64,000 nucleotides of DNA from Methanobacteriota archaeon. Lineage in GTDB: Archaea > Thermoplasmatota > Thermoplasmata > RBG-16-68-12. The translations under genes were made by a program, and so were the position numbers. Location: NCBI GenBank assembly GCA_947084985.1, contig CAMTUI010000023.1, positions 98,266 to 162,265 on the forward strand, written 5' to 3'. The first letter of the stretch is position 1, and the number at the start of each line of letters is the position of its first letter. Under the pieces are notes generated by a model, which saw only the letters and a list, made by a program, of their open reading frames with translations, was not told the DNA's origin and did no database searches. Shown here in pieces: positions 17,992 to 26,090 of this stretch.

Positions 17992-19704
17992 ATGAAGGGG
18001 GAGGCCATGCTCGAGCGGCCATGGCATCGCCATTGGCCTGAAGGTGTCCCGAAATCGCTTGAGTATCCCGACGTCCCGGTCCACGAACTCCTCCGACGCT
18101 CCGCGCGGCAGTCCGGTGACCGGCCCGCCGTGACGTTCTACGGGAAAGTGATGACGTACGCGGATCTCGATGCCGCAGCGGACCGCTTCGCTGCGGGCCT
18201 GCGTCGGATTGGCGTGCGACCGGGAGACCGTGTGTCCCTCGTCCTGCCGAACACGCCGCACTTCTTCGTCGCGTTCTTCGGCGTCCTGCGGGCCGGGGGG
18301 ATCGTCGTGCAGACGAATCCGCTGTACACCGCTCGAGAGCTCGAGAACCTCTGGAACGACGCGGGCGTCGAGACCGTCGTCGCCCTGGACCTGTTCTGGC
18401 ATAACGTTTCGAAGGCGAAGGCGGCCACGAAGGTCGTGCGCGTGGTCGTGTGCGACGTCGGGGAGTTCCTGCGCACCCCGCTCCGGCAGCTGTACCCAAT
18501 CAAGAAGAAAAAGGACCTGAAGAAGCAGGGGCATTGGCCCCTCGAGATCCCAGCGGCCTCGTGGATCCACCGCTTCGCGGACGTGGCCGCGACGGCGGCG
18601 GAACCGGGAAAGGAGCCGACCGTCGGCGCGGAGGACGTCGCAGTCCTGCAGTACACGGGCGGGACGACGGGAATCCCGAAGGGCGCGATGCTCACGCACC
18701 GGAACCTCGTGGCGAACGCGATGCAGACGGCCGCGTGGCTCCCCGAGAAGGGAGGGGTCCAGGAGAAGTTCCTCGGGGCGATCCCCCTCTTTCACGTGTA
18801 CGGCCTGACGACGGTCCTCCTGACCGGAATCGTCCTCGGCGCGGAGACGGTCCTCCATCCGAATCCCCGGGAGATTAATCAGATTCTGAAGCTGATCAAC
18901 AAGACGAAGCCCTCAATCTTCCCCGGCGTCCCGACGATGTACATCGCGATCCTCCGCAACCCGAAGCTCTCGAAGTACGACCTGCGGTCGATCCGTGCCT
19001 GCGTGTCCGGGGCCGCGCCGCTCCCGAACGAAGTGCGGCACGAGTTCGAGAAGGTGACGGGCGGGCGGATCGTGGAGGGATACGGGCTCACGGAGGCCTC
19101 TCCGGTGACGCACGCGAACCCCCTGACGGGCGTCGTGAAGGAGGGCATCGGCATCCCCTTTCCGGACACGGATGCGAAGGTCGTCGACGCGGAAGACCCG
19201 TCGAAGGACCTCCCGCAGGGCCAGGCGGGCGAACTCGCGATCCGCGGGCCGCAGGTGATGAAGGGCTACTGGAACAGACCGGACGAGACCGCGGCGGTCC
19301 TCCGCGACGGCTGGCTCCTCACCGGGGACATCGCGACGATGGACGGGGACGGGTATTTCTTCATCGTGGACCGCAAAAAGGACATGATCCTAGCATCCGG
19401 ATACAACGTGTACCCGCGCGAGGTGGAGGAGGTCCTGTTCATGCATCCCGCGGTCGCGGAGGCCGCGGCGATCGGCGTGCCGGATCCGTATCGCGGCGAG
19501 ACGGTGAAGGCGTTCGTCGTTCTGAAACCCGGCGCGTCCGCGACGGGCGATGAGGTCATCGCGTTCTGCAAGGAACGCCTCGCGCCGTTCAAGGTGCCGA
19601 AGCAGGTGGAGTTCGCGAAAGACCTGCCGAAGTCCCTCATCGGGAAAGTCCTGCGGCGCGAGCTTCGTGAGCGGGAACTCGCGAGGACGAAAGCCGCAAG
19701 CTGA
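17992..19704 (+). CDS. long-chain fatty acid-CoA ligase (AMP-dependent synthetase)
   Basis: AMP-binding motifs LQYTGGTTGIPKGAMLTH, GYGLTEASP, TGDIATMDGDGYFFIVDRKKD. The ATG at 18007 is an alternative start. Confidence 0.85.
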   Translation: MKGEAMLERPWHRHWPEGVPKSLEYPDVPVHELLRRSARQSGDRPAVTFYGKVMTYADLDAAADRFAAGLRRIGVRPGDRVSLVLPNTPHFFVAFFGVLRAGGIVVQTNPLYTARELENLWNDAGVETVVALDLFWHNVSKAKAATKVVRVVVCDVGEFLRTPLRQLYPIKKKKDLKKQGHWPLEIPAASWIHRFADVAATAAEPGKEPTVGAEDVAVLQYTGGTTGIPKGAMLTHRNLVANAMQTAAWLPEKGGVQEKFLGAIPLFHVYGLTTVLLTGIVLGAETVLHPNPREINQILKLINKTKPSIFPGVPTMYIAILRNPKLSKYDLRSIRACVSGAAPLPNEVRHEFEKVTGGRIVEGYGLTEASPVTHANPLTGVVKEGIGIPFPDTDAKVVDAEDPSKDLPQGQAGELAIRGPQVMKGYWNRPDETAAVLRDGWLLTGDIATMDGDGYFFIVDRKKDMILASGYNVYPREVEEVLFMHPAVAEAAAIGVPDPYRGETVKAFVVLKPGASATGDEVIAFCKERLAPFKVPKQVEFAKDLPKSLIGKVLRRELRERELARTKAAS

Positions 19705-19729
19705 GGCCCGCGACAACGGTAAAACCCGA

Positions 19730-19739
19730 AACTATATGG
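19730..19739 (+). promoter_or_regulatory. TATA-like box (AACTATATGG) 30 nt upstream of the ATG at 19765
   Basis: AT-rich decamer at the spacing that recurs across this window. Confidence 0.4.
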
Positions 19740-19764
19740 AGGAGAATCCGCCCTATGTGAGGGG

Positions 19765-20721
19765 ATGCGGCTCCGGGAGGGATTGTGCCGCCTGGACCTC
19801 CCGACGCGCCTTCCGATCGGGACGGTCAACGCCTATCTGTTCACGGACGAGCCTCTCACGATCCTCGACACGGGCCCGAAGTGTCCCGAGGCGTATGACG
19901 AGTTGCGGCGGGAGCTGAAGGAACTGGGGCTCACGACCGCGGACATCGAGCAGATCGTCCTCACGCACGGCCATGTGGACCACCACGGCCTCGCGGAGAC
20001 GATTCGACGGGAGAGCGGTGCGAAGGTCCTCGTCCCGGAGGGGGATCGCCCGATGGTCGAGGCGTACAAGGAGACCTTCGCGGAGCGGACCCAGATGTAC
20101 CGCACGGAGGCGCTGCGGGGCGGGGCGCCGCCGGAGACGGTCGAACTCGTCTTGGAGTTCTTCGAGTACCTCGTGACGCTCGGCGAGCCCGCGAAGGTTA
20201 GCGCGAGCATCCGCGACGGCGACGCGATCTCCGCGGGCCGAACGGTCCTGAAGGCCGTCCACACGCCGGGCCATTCGTCCGGATCGACGTGCTATCTGTC
20301 CGCGGAAGGAGAGCTCTTCGCGGGGGACACGCTGCTGAAGGACATGACGCCGAACGCAGCGTTCGGCGGGGCGGATCGGGAGTCCGTCGGCCTGGCGGAC
20401 TACATCGGTTCGCTGCACCGGGTACGAGCCCTTCAGCCGGAGCGCGTCCATCCGGGGCATCGTGCGGCCCTCGAGGACGTGCACGCGTACGTCCGCTTCT
20501 CGCTGGACCAGTATCGCACGCGTCAGGCGGCGGTTCTACGGCTCCTCGAGGAGGGGCCTGCGACGCCGTTCGAACTCGTGGAGCGGCTCTTCGGTGCGCT
20601 CCCAATGGAGGAGGTCCTGCTCGGCCTGACAGAGGTCCTCGGGCATCTCGAGATCCTCGAGCGAGAAGGGGTCGTCTACGTCGACCGGTCGAACGACGTG
20701 ACAGTCGTTGGGCTCAAGTGA
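19765..20721 (+). CDS. MBL-fold metallo-hydrolase
   Basis: HxHxDH motif (LTHGHVDHHG) and downstream HTPGHS. 318 aa. Confidence 0.8.
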   Translation: MRLREGLCRLDLPTRLPIGTVNAYLFTDEPLTILDTGPKCPEAYDELRRELKELGLTTADIEQIVLTHGHVDHHGLAETIRRESGAKVLVPEGDRPMVEAYKETFAERTQMYRTEALRGGAPPETVELVLEFFEYLVTLGEPAKVSASIRDGDAISAGRTVLKAVHTPGHSSGSTCYLSAEGELFAGDTLLKDMTPNAAFGGADRESVGLADYIGSLHRVRALQPERVHPGHRAALEDVHAYVRFSLDQYRTRQAAVLRLLEEGPATPFELVERLFGALPMEEVLLGLTEVLGHLEILEREGVVYVDRSNDVTVVGLK

Positions 20722-21859
20722 CCGTCACTCGGACGTCTTCGGTCTTCAAGAACCGTCCGAGATCGCGGGCTTCATCCGTCACGAGGCGCCGAACATCCGT
20801 AGACATTCGGCGGAACGGATCGATTCGTACCTGCAGCGTCCGTCCCTTGCGTGCGTGGGACCAGACACCCGCCACGCGGCCGTCCACAAGGATGACGGGA
20901 GAGATCCAGCCTGCCTTGCGGTAGACCTGCTTGTAGTGGGCCGAATCGACGAGATGCTCCTTCGATCGGTGGCCGAGCAGGTATCCGTCGAAATTCGGGA
21001 GAAGCCGGACGCCAGGCGTATCCAGGTGGGCCCTGCGCAACGCGTCCAGATCCTCCCGGAGGAGAAGTCCCATGCGTCCGTCGATCGAGACCGAGGCGAC
21101 CTCGCTTGAGAGCCGATCGTGGAAGGTCGTCGCGGCTTTCGCGGGCACACCGGACCACGCGCTGAAGTCGCTCAGCCTTGCAGGACCGTACGCCCGAAGA
21201 TAGCAGCGGAGGAGGTCCGCTCCCGCCTCCCCGTACGGAATGTCCCGCCAATCCGGGAGCCACTGCTCTCTCCGGATGAAGGTCACCTCGCGGCCGCGAC
21301 TCGGCCCAAAGCACACGCGGCCCTCGAAGCACACGGGTCGGAGGAGTCCTCCCCAGCCCGACGCGAGCCACCTCCGGATCTTCACGGGGAACGACTTGCC
21401 TGCGTGCCGCACAATCTCGTCGCGCGTGCACGGGCCGCGAGAAAGAACTTCGAGAATAGCCTCATTCAGCGCGCGAATCTGTGCGGCTCGAAGGCCCTGT
21501 CGCACAAGCCAGGCCTCCAGCGTTCGATGGATCGTCTCCTTAATCACGGCGATGTAGAGCGGGAGATCCTCCGAAGGAAGGATGTGCACCGTGCCCCGGA
21601 GGGCCCACGTCCGAACGAGCGACCGGTCCGCATCGAGCGCTCGGTCGATCTCTTCATCGGCCAGCCCGTCGACGCGGGCCCATAGCGCCATCCGTGCCGC
21701 AGGCATGAGTTGCGCCTGGACCCCACAGACGTCCCGGACGACGCTGGCGAGGGCCCTCCGCGGGCCCCGGCGGAACAGATGTTGTCGGTTCAAGCGGAAT
21801 GCGGCCACTTCAGCTGGGCTCACGATTAAAGCCGCCGAATCGAGCCGCGATCGCGCCAT
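20714..21859 (-). CDS. winged-helix DNA-binding protein, YcaQ/AlkZ-like (DUF1006) putative DNA glycosylase
   Basis: 381 aa. The N-terminus (FRLNRQHLFRRGP...VVRDVCGVQAQ) and overall layout resemble the YcaQ family. Confidence 0.6.
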   Translation of the reverse strand: MARSRLDSAALIVSPAEVAAFRLNRQHLFRRGPRRALASVVRDVCGVQAQLMPAARMALWARVDGLADEEIDRALDADRSLVRTWALRGTVHILPSEDLPLYIAVIKETIHRTLEAWLVRQGLRAAQIRALNEAILEVLSRGPCTRDEIVRHAGKSFPVKIRRWLASGWGGLLRPVCFEGRVCFGPSRGREVTFIRREQWLPDWRDIPYGEAGADLLRCYLRAYGPARLSDFSAWSGVPAKAATTFHDRLSSEVASVSIDGRMGLLLREDLDALRRAHLDTPGVRLLPNFDGYLLGHRSKEHLVDSAHYKQVYRKAGWISPVILVDGRVAGVWSHARKGRTLQVRIDPFRRMSTDVRRLVTDEARDLGRFLKTEDVRVTVT

Positions 21860-21979
21860 AGGCGACGCGACCGGACGTCACGAACAAATACGTTTGTACC
21901 GGGATACTAAGCACCCGTCCGCCGCGAAGCCTTAAGGCCTTGGGAAGGTTCCGAGGTGCCGAACCGCTGAGGTCCAAGC

Positions 21980-22393
21980 ATGGGGAAGATCGAACGGCCG
22001 AGCCTCGAGAGCCTGATCATGGATTTCGCGATGTCCCTCACGCGACGGGCGACTTGCAAACGGTTCCAAGTCGGCTGTGTGATTACGGCCGAAGACATGA
22101 CCCAAATCTACGGATTCGGGTACAACGGGACGGCGAAGGGGCTCACTCATGACGATTGCAAGGCGGATCAACAAGGGGGGTGCGGCTGCGTTCACTCGGA
22201 GGTGAACGCCCTCATCAAAGTCCGAGTCAACGATCCGCAGAAAGTGGTCTTCGTTACCGCCCAGCCTTGCATCACGTGCGCGAAAGCCATCGTGAATTCA
22301 GGCGTCTCGAAGGTGTACTATCGCGCCACATATCGCTCGGACGAGGGCCTCGACATTATCCGGAAGGTCGGCATCGCAATCGAACGCGTCTGA
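21980..22393 (+). CDS. dCMP/cytidine deaminase family protein
   Basis: Zinc-binding motifs VHSEVNA (HxE) and PCITCAKAI (PCxxC). 137 aa. Confidence 0.8.
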   Translation: MGKIERPSLESLIMDFAMSLTRRATCKRFQVGCVITAEDMTQIYGFGYNGTAKGLTHDDCKADQQGGCGCVHSEVNALIKVRVNDPQKVVFVTAQPCITCAKAIVNSGVSKVYYRATYRSDEGLDIIRKVGIAIERV

Positions 22394-22405
22394 GCGTTCT
22401 GCCAG

Positions 22406-22678
22406 TCAGTCGACGAGTTTCTTCAGGAGCCGCCGTATCTGCGGGCTCTTCCTCACTTCCTTCGCGAGTGCTTGGACATGCTCCTCCGAGATGATGAGGG
22501 GCATCCGCTCGAAGGATGACTTGTGATAGACGCAGAACCGCAAAGATCTCGAACCGTCGTCGAACGCGAGGAGCTGGATTGTCGGCTCGTGGAATGGCGT
22601 CATGACGGATGCTTCCTCCGCAATGACTCCTTTGCCCCAATGGAGCTCGAAGGGACGTGGCACTTTTCGCGCGGACAT
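22406..22678 (-). CDS. hypothetical protein (90 aa)
   Basis: Protein-like ORF at the end of a co-directional minus-strand gene chain. I recognise no family. Confidence 0.45.
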   Translation of the reverse strand: MSARKVPRPFELHWGKGVIAEEASVMTPFHEPTIQLLAFDDGSRSLRFCVYHKSSFERMPLIISEEHVQALAKEVRKSPQIRRLLKKLVD

Positions 22679-22721
22679 GGTCTCCCAACACGGGAATCCC
22701 CGCGAGAGCTTGAAGGTGCCC

Positions 22722-23552
22722 TCAGCTGGGTCCGCGCCTGTGTCGAGCCTCGAGACCCAGGAAGTCCGTCACCGCGGCAACGAATTCCGGACGTCGCTCG
22801 ACAAAGGGCCAATGACCACATCCCTCGAAGACGACGAGCCTCGCCCCCGGGATGCCACGTCGCAGCTCCGCGGCCCGCTCGACGGGCATGACGCGGTCCT
22901 CCCTTCCGTGGAGGATCAAGGTTGGGACGCGAATCTCCGCAAGGCGATCGCTCACATCGTACCGGTCCCACTCGACCTCGCCCGCCCATCGGAACCGCTC
23001 GGGCGAGAACCGGATCTTCGGGATCAAGGAGTCCATCGCTCGCGCGACTCGCGTTGGATCAAAGACCGCCGTGCCGAGTGAGCTGCGGAACTGCTCCCGC
23101 ATTTCTTCTTCTGTCTGGGGATAGGGTAAGTCGGTACCTCCATCTCCGTCCCTCCACCGCGCCGCAGTCGCGATGAGGATGAGGTGCGACACGCGCTGCG
23201 GGAGCCGGAGGGCGTACGTGAGCGCGACGGCACCTCCGGACGAATGGCCGATCACAACCGTCCGGTCGAGACCGATGGCATCTGCGACCGCAGCCGCGTC
23301 CTGTGCGGTCATGTCCAATCCGAATTCGTCTGGGGTGCGGACGGGTTCGGATCGGCCGACGCCTCGCGGGTCGAATGTGACAAGGGCAAGGTAGAACTCC
23401 AAGGACGAGAGACCCTTCGTGTAAAGGTACGAGTCCATCCCCCAGTTCACGGGCATCACCTGGGCGAAAGGTCCCTTCCCCCCGATCCGATAGAAGATCC
23501 GACGGCCATCCGGCGTCTTCGCGAATCCTTCTTCCGCCTCGAGGGCGCACAT
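22722..23552 (-). CDS. alpha/beta hydrolase
   Basis: Nucleophile elbow GHSSGG. FDPRGVGRSE and the C-terminal CGHWPF are typical of the alpha/beta-hydrolase fold. Confidence 0.8.
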   Translation of the reverse strand: MCALEAEEGFAKTPDGRRIFYRIGGKGPFAQVMPVNWGMDSYLYTKGLSSLEFYLALVTFDPRGVGRSEPVRTPDEFGLDMTAQDAAAVADAIGLDRTVVIGHSSGGAVALTYALRLPQRVSHLILIATAARWRDGDGGTDLPYPQTEEEMREQFRSSLGTAVFDPTRVARAMDSLIPKIRFSPERFRWAGEVEWDRYDVSDRLAEIRVPTLILHGREDRVMPVERAAELRRGIPGARLVVFEGCGHWPFVERRPEFVAAVTDFLGLEARHRRGPS

Positions 23553-23556
23553 CCCT

Positions 23557-24618
23557 TCAGCTCGGCTCCGGCACGTACCCCGGCGACGGTGTCCGCTGGC
23601 GGGTTGGCGCTGGAGCCTCCGCGCTTGTGGGCTCTTCCTTCTTCGGCGGCCTCAGAAGATCCCGAATCACAGGGGTGTACGGGTCGACCAGGCCACCCGC
23701 GAGGCCGCGGTCCGCGAGAGCCGCGATATCTGTCTCTTTGATCCCGCCACCCACATACACTTCCATGTCAACTCCATCGAGCAGCGCGAGAAGTTTCGGG
23801 TCGGGTCCGAGTTCCGTCCCGAGCCGGCGAAGGTCCATCACGCAAATGGCCGTGAATCCGACGGCGCGAAGGCGGCGGACCACGTCGCCCATGTCCACGA
23901 GCGGCTCACGCGGGTCTCCCCATACGACACGCCCGTCCACGTCGAGGCACGGGAGGACATCGGCCGAGAGGCGGTAGAGCTCCTCGAAGGCTTGGAACGA
24001 GGAGAACGTCTTCGTCCCCGCGACGACTCGCTGCGCGTCGAGCATGTAGCCGTCCATGACCTCCTCCGGGTCCCGGCCTCCCGACTCGAGCCACACGTCG
24101 CATCGCTTCACGAGATGCCGCGTGACCTCGAAGTTCGGATTCGCGCGGTTGATCCCGCTCAGATCGAGCATGAACACGCGGGACGCATTGTATCGAGGCC
24201 CGCCGATCGCGTCCCAGTACTCCTGAAACGAGACGCGGTACGCAGTCGGCTGGAGGGCCTGGCCGTCCCACCGCACGCTCGTGACGGTCGCGACCCGCAC
24301 GGGGAACAGCTCGAGGATCTTCAGGTCGATCAGCGGATCCGTCTGGATCGGGAGGATCGGGATGCTGAGCGCCTCCTTCGGCTTCGGCGGAGACTCCGGG
24401 GCCCAGATGCCTTGCTTCTCCCGCTCGAACTGCGCTCGCTGGTCCGCCGTGTCGAAGAAGATCGGGAGGCCTTCGTGGCCGCACGCATGGCAGACGTACG
24501 AGCGGCTGTCGCTATCGATCCCCGCGATCGGACCCATCATGAGGAGCTTCGGATGCACGCGTCCGCTCCCACACCGCGCGCATGCGGCGAAATCCTTGGG
24601 CTGGAAGGCCCCTGCCAT
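23557..24618 (-). CDS. zinc-ribbon / HisA-HisF-like TIM-barrel fusion protein
   Basis: N-terminal CARCGSG...CHACGHEG (CxxC-x26-CxxC). The C-terminal half (VMDLRRLGTELGPDPKLLALL...VYVGGGIKETDIAALADRGLAGGLV) resembles the phosphate-binding halves of HisA/HisF-related barrels. It ends in a Pro-rich tail. Confidence 0.55.
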   Translation of the reverse strand: MAGAFQPKDFAACARCGSGRVHPKLLMMGPIAGIDSDSRSYVCHACGHEGLPIFFDTADQRAQFEREKQGIWAPESPPKPKEALSIPILPIQTDPLIDLKILELFPVRVATVTSVRWDGQALQPTAYRVSFQEYWDAIGGPRYNASRVFMLDLSGINRANPNFEVTRHLVKRCDVWLESGGRDPEEVMDGYMLDAQRVVAGTKTFSSFQAFEELYRLSADVLPCLDVDGRVVWGDPREPLVDMGDVVRRLRAVGFTAICVMDLRRLGTELGPDPKLLALLDGVDMEVYVGGGIKETDIAALADRGLAGGLVDPYTPVIRDLLRPPKKEEPTSAEAPAPTRQRTPSPGYVPEPS

Positions 24619-24627
24619 TGAGGAACC

Positions 24628-24774
24628 TCAGTCGACGCGGATGACCTTCACCCGCTTCCCGATCCAGTCCGGCGGAAGGTACACGCGACCCGAGGACCCG
24701 CTCTTCGCCACGACCTTCTCGACCATCTCCTGACCGAACACCTCGAACTTCGCTTCCTTGCGCCCGCGAGCCAC
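24628..24774 (-). CDS. DUF2080-family micro-protein (48 aa, AbrB/SpoVT-like)
   Basis: Below the ORF-track size cut-off. My translation from the GTG at 24774 is MARGRKEAKFEVFGQEMVEKVVAKSGSSGRVYLPPDWIGKRVKVIRVD. This matches the archaeal DUF2080 pattern (F-E-V-x-G ... GNSGR-[IV]-YLP..W.G..VK[IV]IR[IV]D). It ends 9 nt before the next gene. Confidence 0.6.
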   Translation of the reverse strand: MARGRKEAKFEVFGQEMVEKVVAKSGSSGRVYLPPDWIGKRVKVIRVD

Positions 24775-24894
24775 GTGCGCTCCCCCGACTGCGTACGCGT
24801 CTCCGGCGGATAAGGTTTGCCCGTCGCAATCATGTTGTAGCTATGCCCACGCCGAAGGAAGACTCAAGCCGGTCAGGGCCCATGCCGCCAGACG

Positions 24895-25644
24895 ATGACG
24901 AAACCGCGTCCCGAGCCCGGATCCTCCTACGAGCTGTACGCCCGGGCGATGCTCGACCACTGGCTTGGGAAGAAGGTCGTCGTGGAGTTCGAGCGGGACG
25001 ACGGATACGTCAGGCGTTCGAAGATCGAGAGCTACTTCGCGCCTCCGAGCAAGTGGCCCAGGATGGAGCAGGAGGCGATGCGCCACGTGCGCGGCCGTGT
25101 CCTCGACATCGGATGCGGGCCCGGGCGGCACGCGCTGTATCTCCAGAAGAAAGGGGTCCCCGTCATCGGGATCGACGCGTCGCCGACCCAGTGCGCACTC
25201 GCGCGGATCCGCGGGCTCCAGCAGGTGTACGAAGCGAGCGTCCATCGATTGCCTCGAGGCCTCGGAACGTTCGACACGGCGCTCATGATGGGGAACAACC
25301 TGGGGCTCGCGGGCGACATCCCGCGGATGCGCAAGTTCCTGAGGGACCTGCGGGAGATCATGAAACCCCGCGGCTGCCTGATCGGCAACAGCCGCATCCC
25401 AGGGACGTGGTCCGAGGACCACCTTCCCTACGTGAAGTCGAACATCCGGAGGAAGAGGCCGCCGGGCCTCATCACGCTCCGCGTGCGTTACAAGGGACGG
25501 GTCGGGGACTGGTTCGATCTCCTGCTCATCCCTCCGGAAGAACTCGCGCGGCTCGCCCACGAGACGGGCTGGGAGCTCATGCGGGTCGTCTGGGAGGGGG
25601 GATACATGCCCGGAGACTTCATCGGGATTCTCGAGCGACGCTAG
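24895..25644 (+). CDS. class I SAM-dependent methyltransferase
   Basis: SAM motif I VLDIGCGPGRHALYL followed by VIGIDASP. Stop codon is TAG. Confidence 0.75.
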   Translation: MTKPRPEPGSSYELYARAMLDHWLGKKVVVEFERDDGYVRRSKIESYFAPPSKWPRMEQEAMRHVRGRVLDIGCGPGRHALYLQKKGVPVIGIDASPTQCALARIRGLQQVYEASVHRLPRGLGTFDTALMMGNNLGLAGDIPRMRKFLRDLREIMKPRGCLIGNSRIPGTWSEDHLPYVKSNIRRKRPPGLITLRVRYKGRVGDWFDLLLIPPEELARLAHETGWELMRVVWEGGYMPGDFIGILERR

Positions 25645-25699
25645 GCGAACAAGAGAGGATCAAAAGGGGAAAAGGACGCCGGTGGCCTCCGCGCGGAGG

Positions 25700-25981
25700 T
25701 CAGGCCGGCGTGAGCCAGGTCGGGGTTCCTCCCGACGTGTTCGTCCACTCCGGCGGCCCGTATGGCGCGGATTCGTTCAGCCAGGTCGGCGGTCCCGGGG
25801 GAACGCCGTTGACCTCGGCGGTCGGGTGACCCGTCACGTCGGCGCCGGTTGCCCCTTGCGTCGCCTCGGCCGCGGTCGGACTCGCCTCGAAGGGCAGGTT
25901 CACGGCCACGGCGACGGTCGCGGCGAATACGAGGGCCACCGTGATCGCGGACGCCGCAAGTACGAACGCTTTGCTCGTCAT
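25700..25981 (-). CDS. small secreted/anchored Pro-Trp repeat protein (93 aa)
   Basis: The last 93 codons of ORF 25700..26275. Signal/anchor AFVLAASAITVALVFAATVAVA. Strong Shine-Dalgarno GGAGGTGA 7 nt upstream of the ATG at 25981. C-terminal repeats PPTWLNE / PPEWTNT / TPTWLTP. Confidence 0.5.
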   Translation of the reverse strand: MTSKAFVLAASAITVALVFAATVAVAVNLPFEASPTAAEATQGATGADVTGHPTAEVNGVPPGPPTWLNESAPYGPPEWTNTSGGTPTWLTPA

Positions 25982-26090
25982 CCGATTGTCACCTCCTCGG
26001 CCCCCGAGACCACGAGGGGGTCTAAATCCGTTATTGGACGCTCGTGGAATGGATAATGAAGCCTCATCGAGAGGGGACGAACCTGGGACG

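Noticed and set aside
21929-21938. Perfect 10-bp palindrome GCCTTAAGGC (within AAGCCTTAAGGCCTT) between the YcaQ-like and dCMP deaminase genes, and ACAAATACGTTTGT at about 21884-21897.
   Set aside because: Both are single copies and short, and compatible with AT-rich promoter elements of the divergent genes. No second copy was found to support a specific operator.
24628-24774. The DUF2080 'transposon-encoded protein' as evidence of a mobile element.
   Set aside because: No transposase, integrase, terminal inverted repeats or target-site duplication are visible nearby. The composition matches the surrounding DNA.
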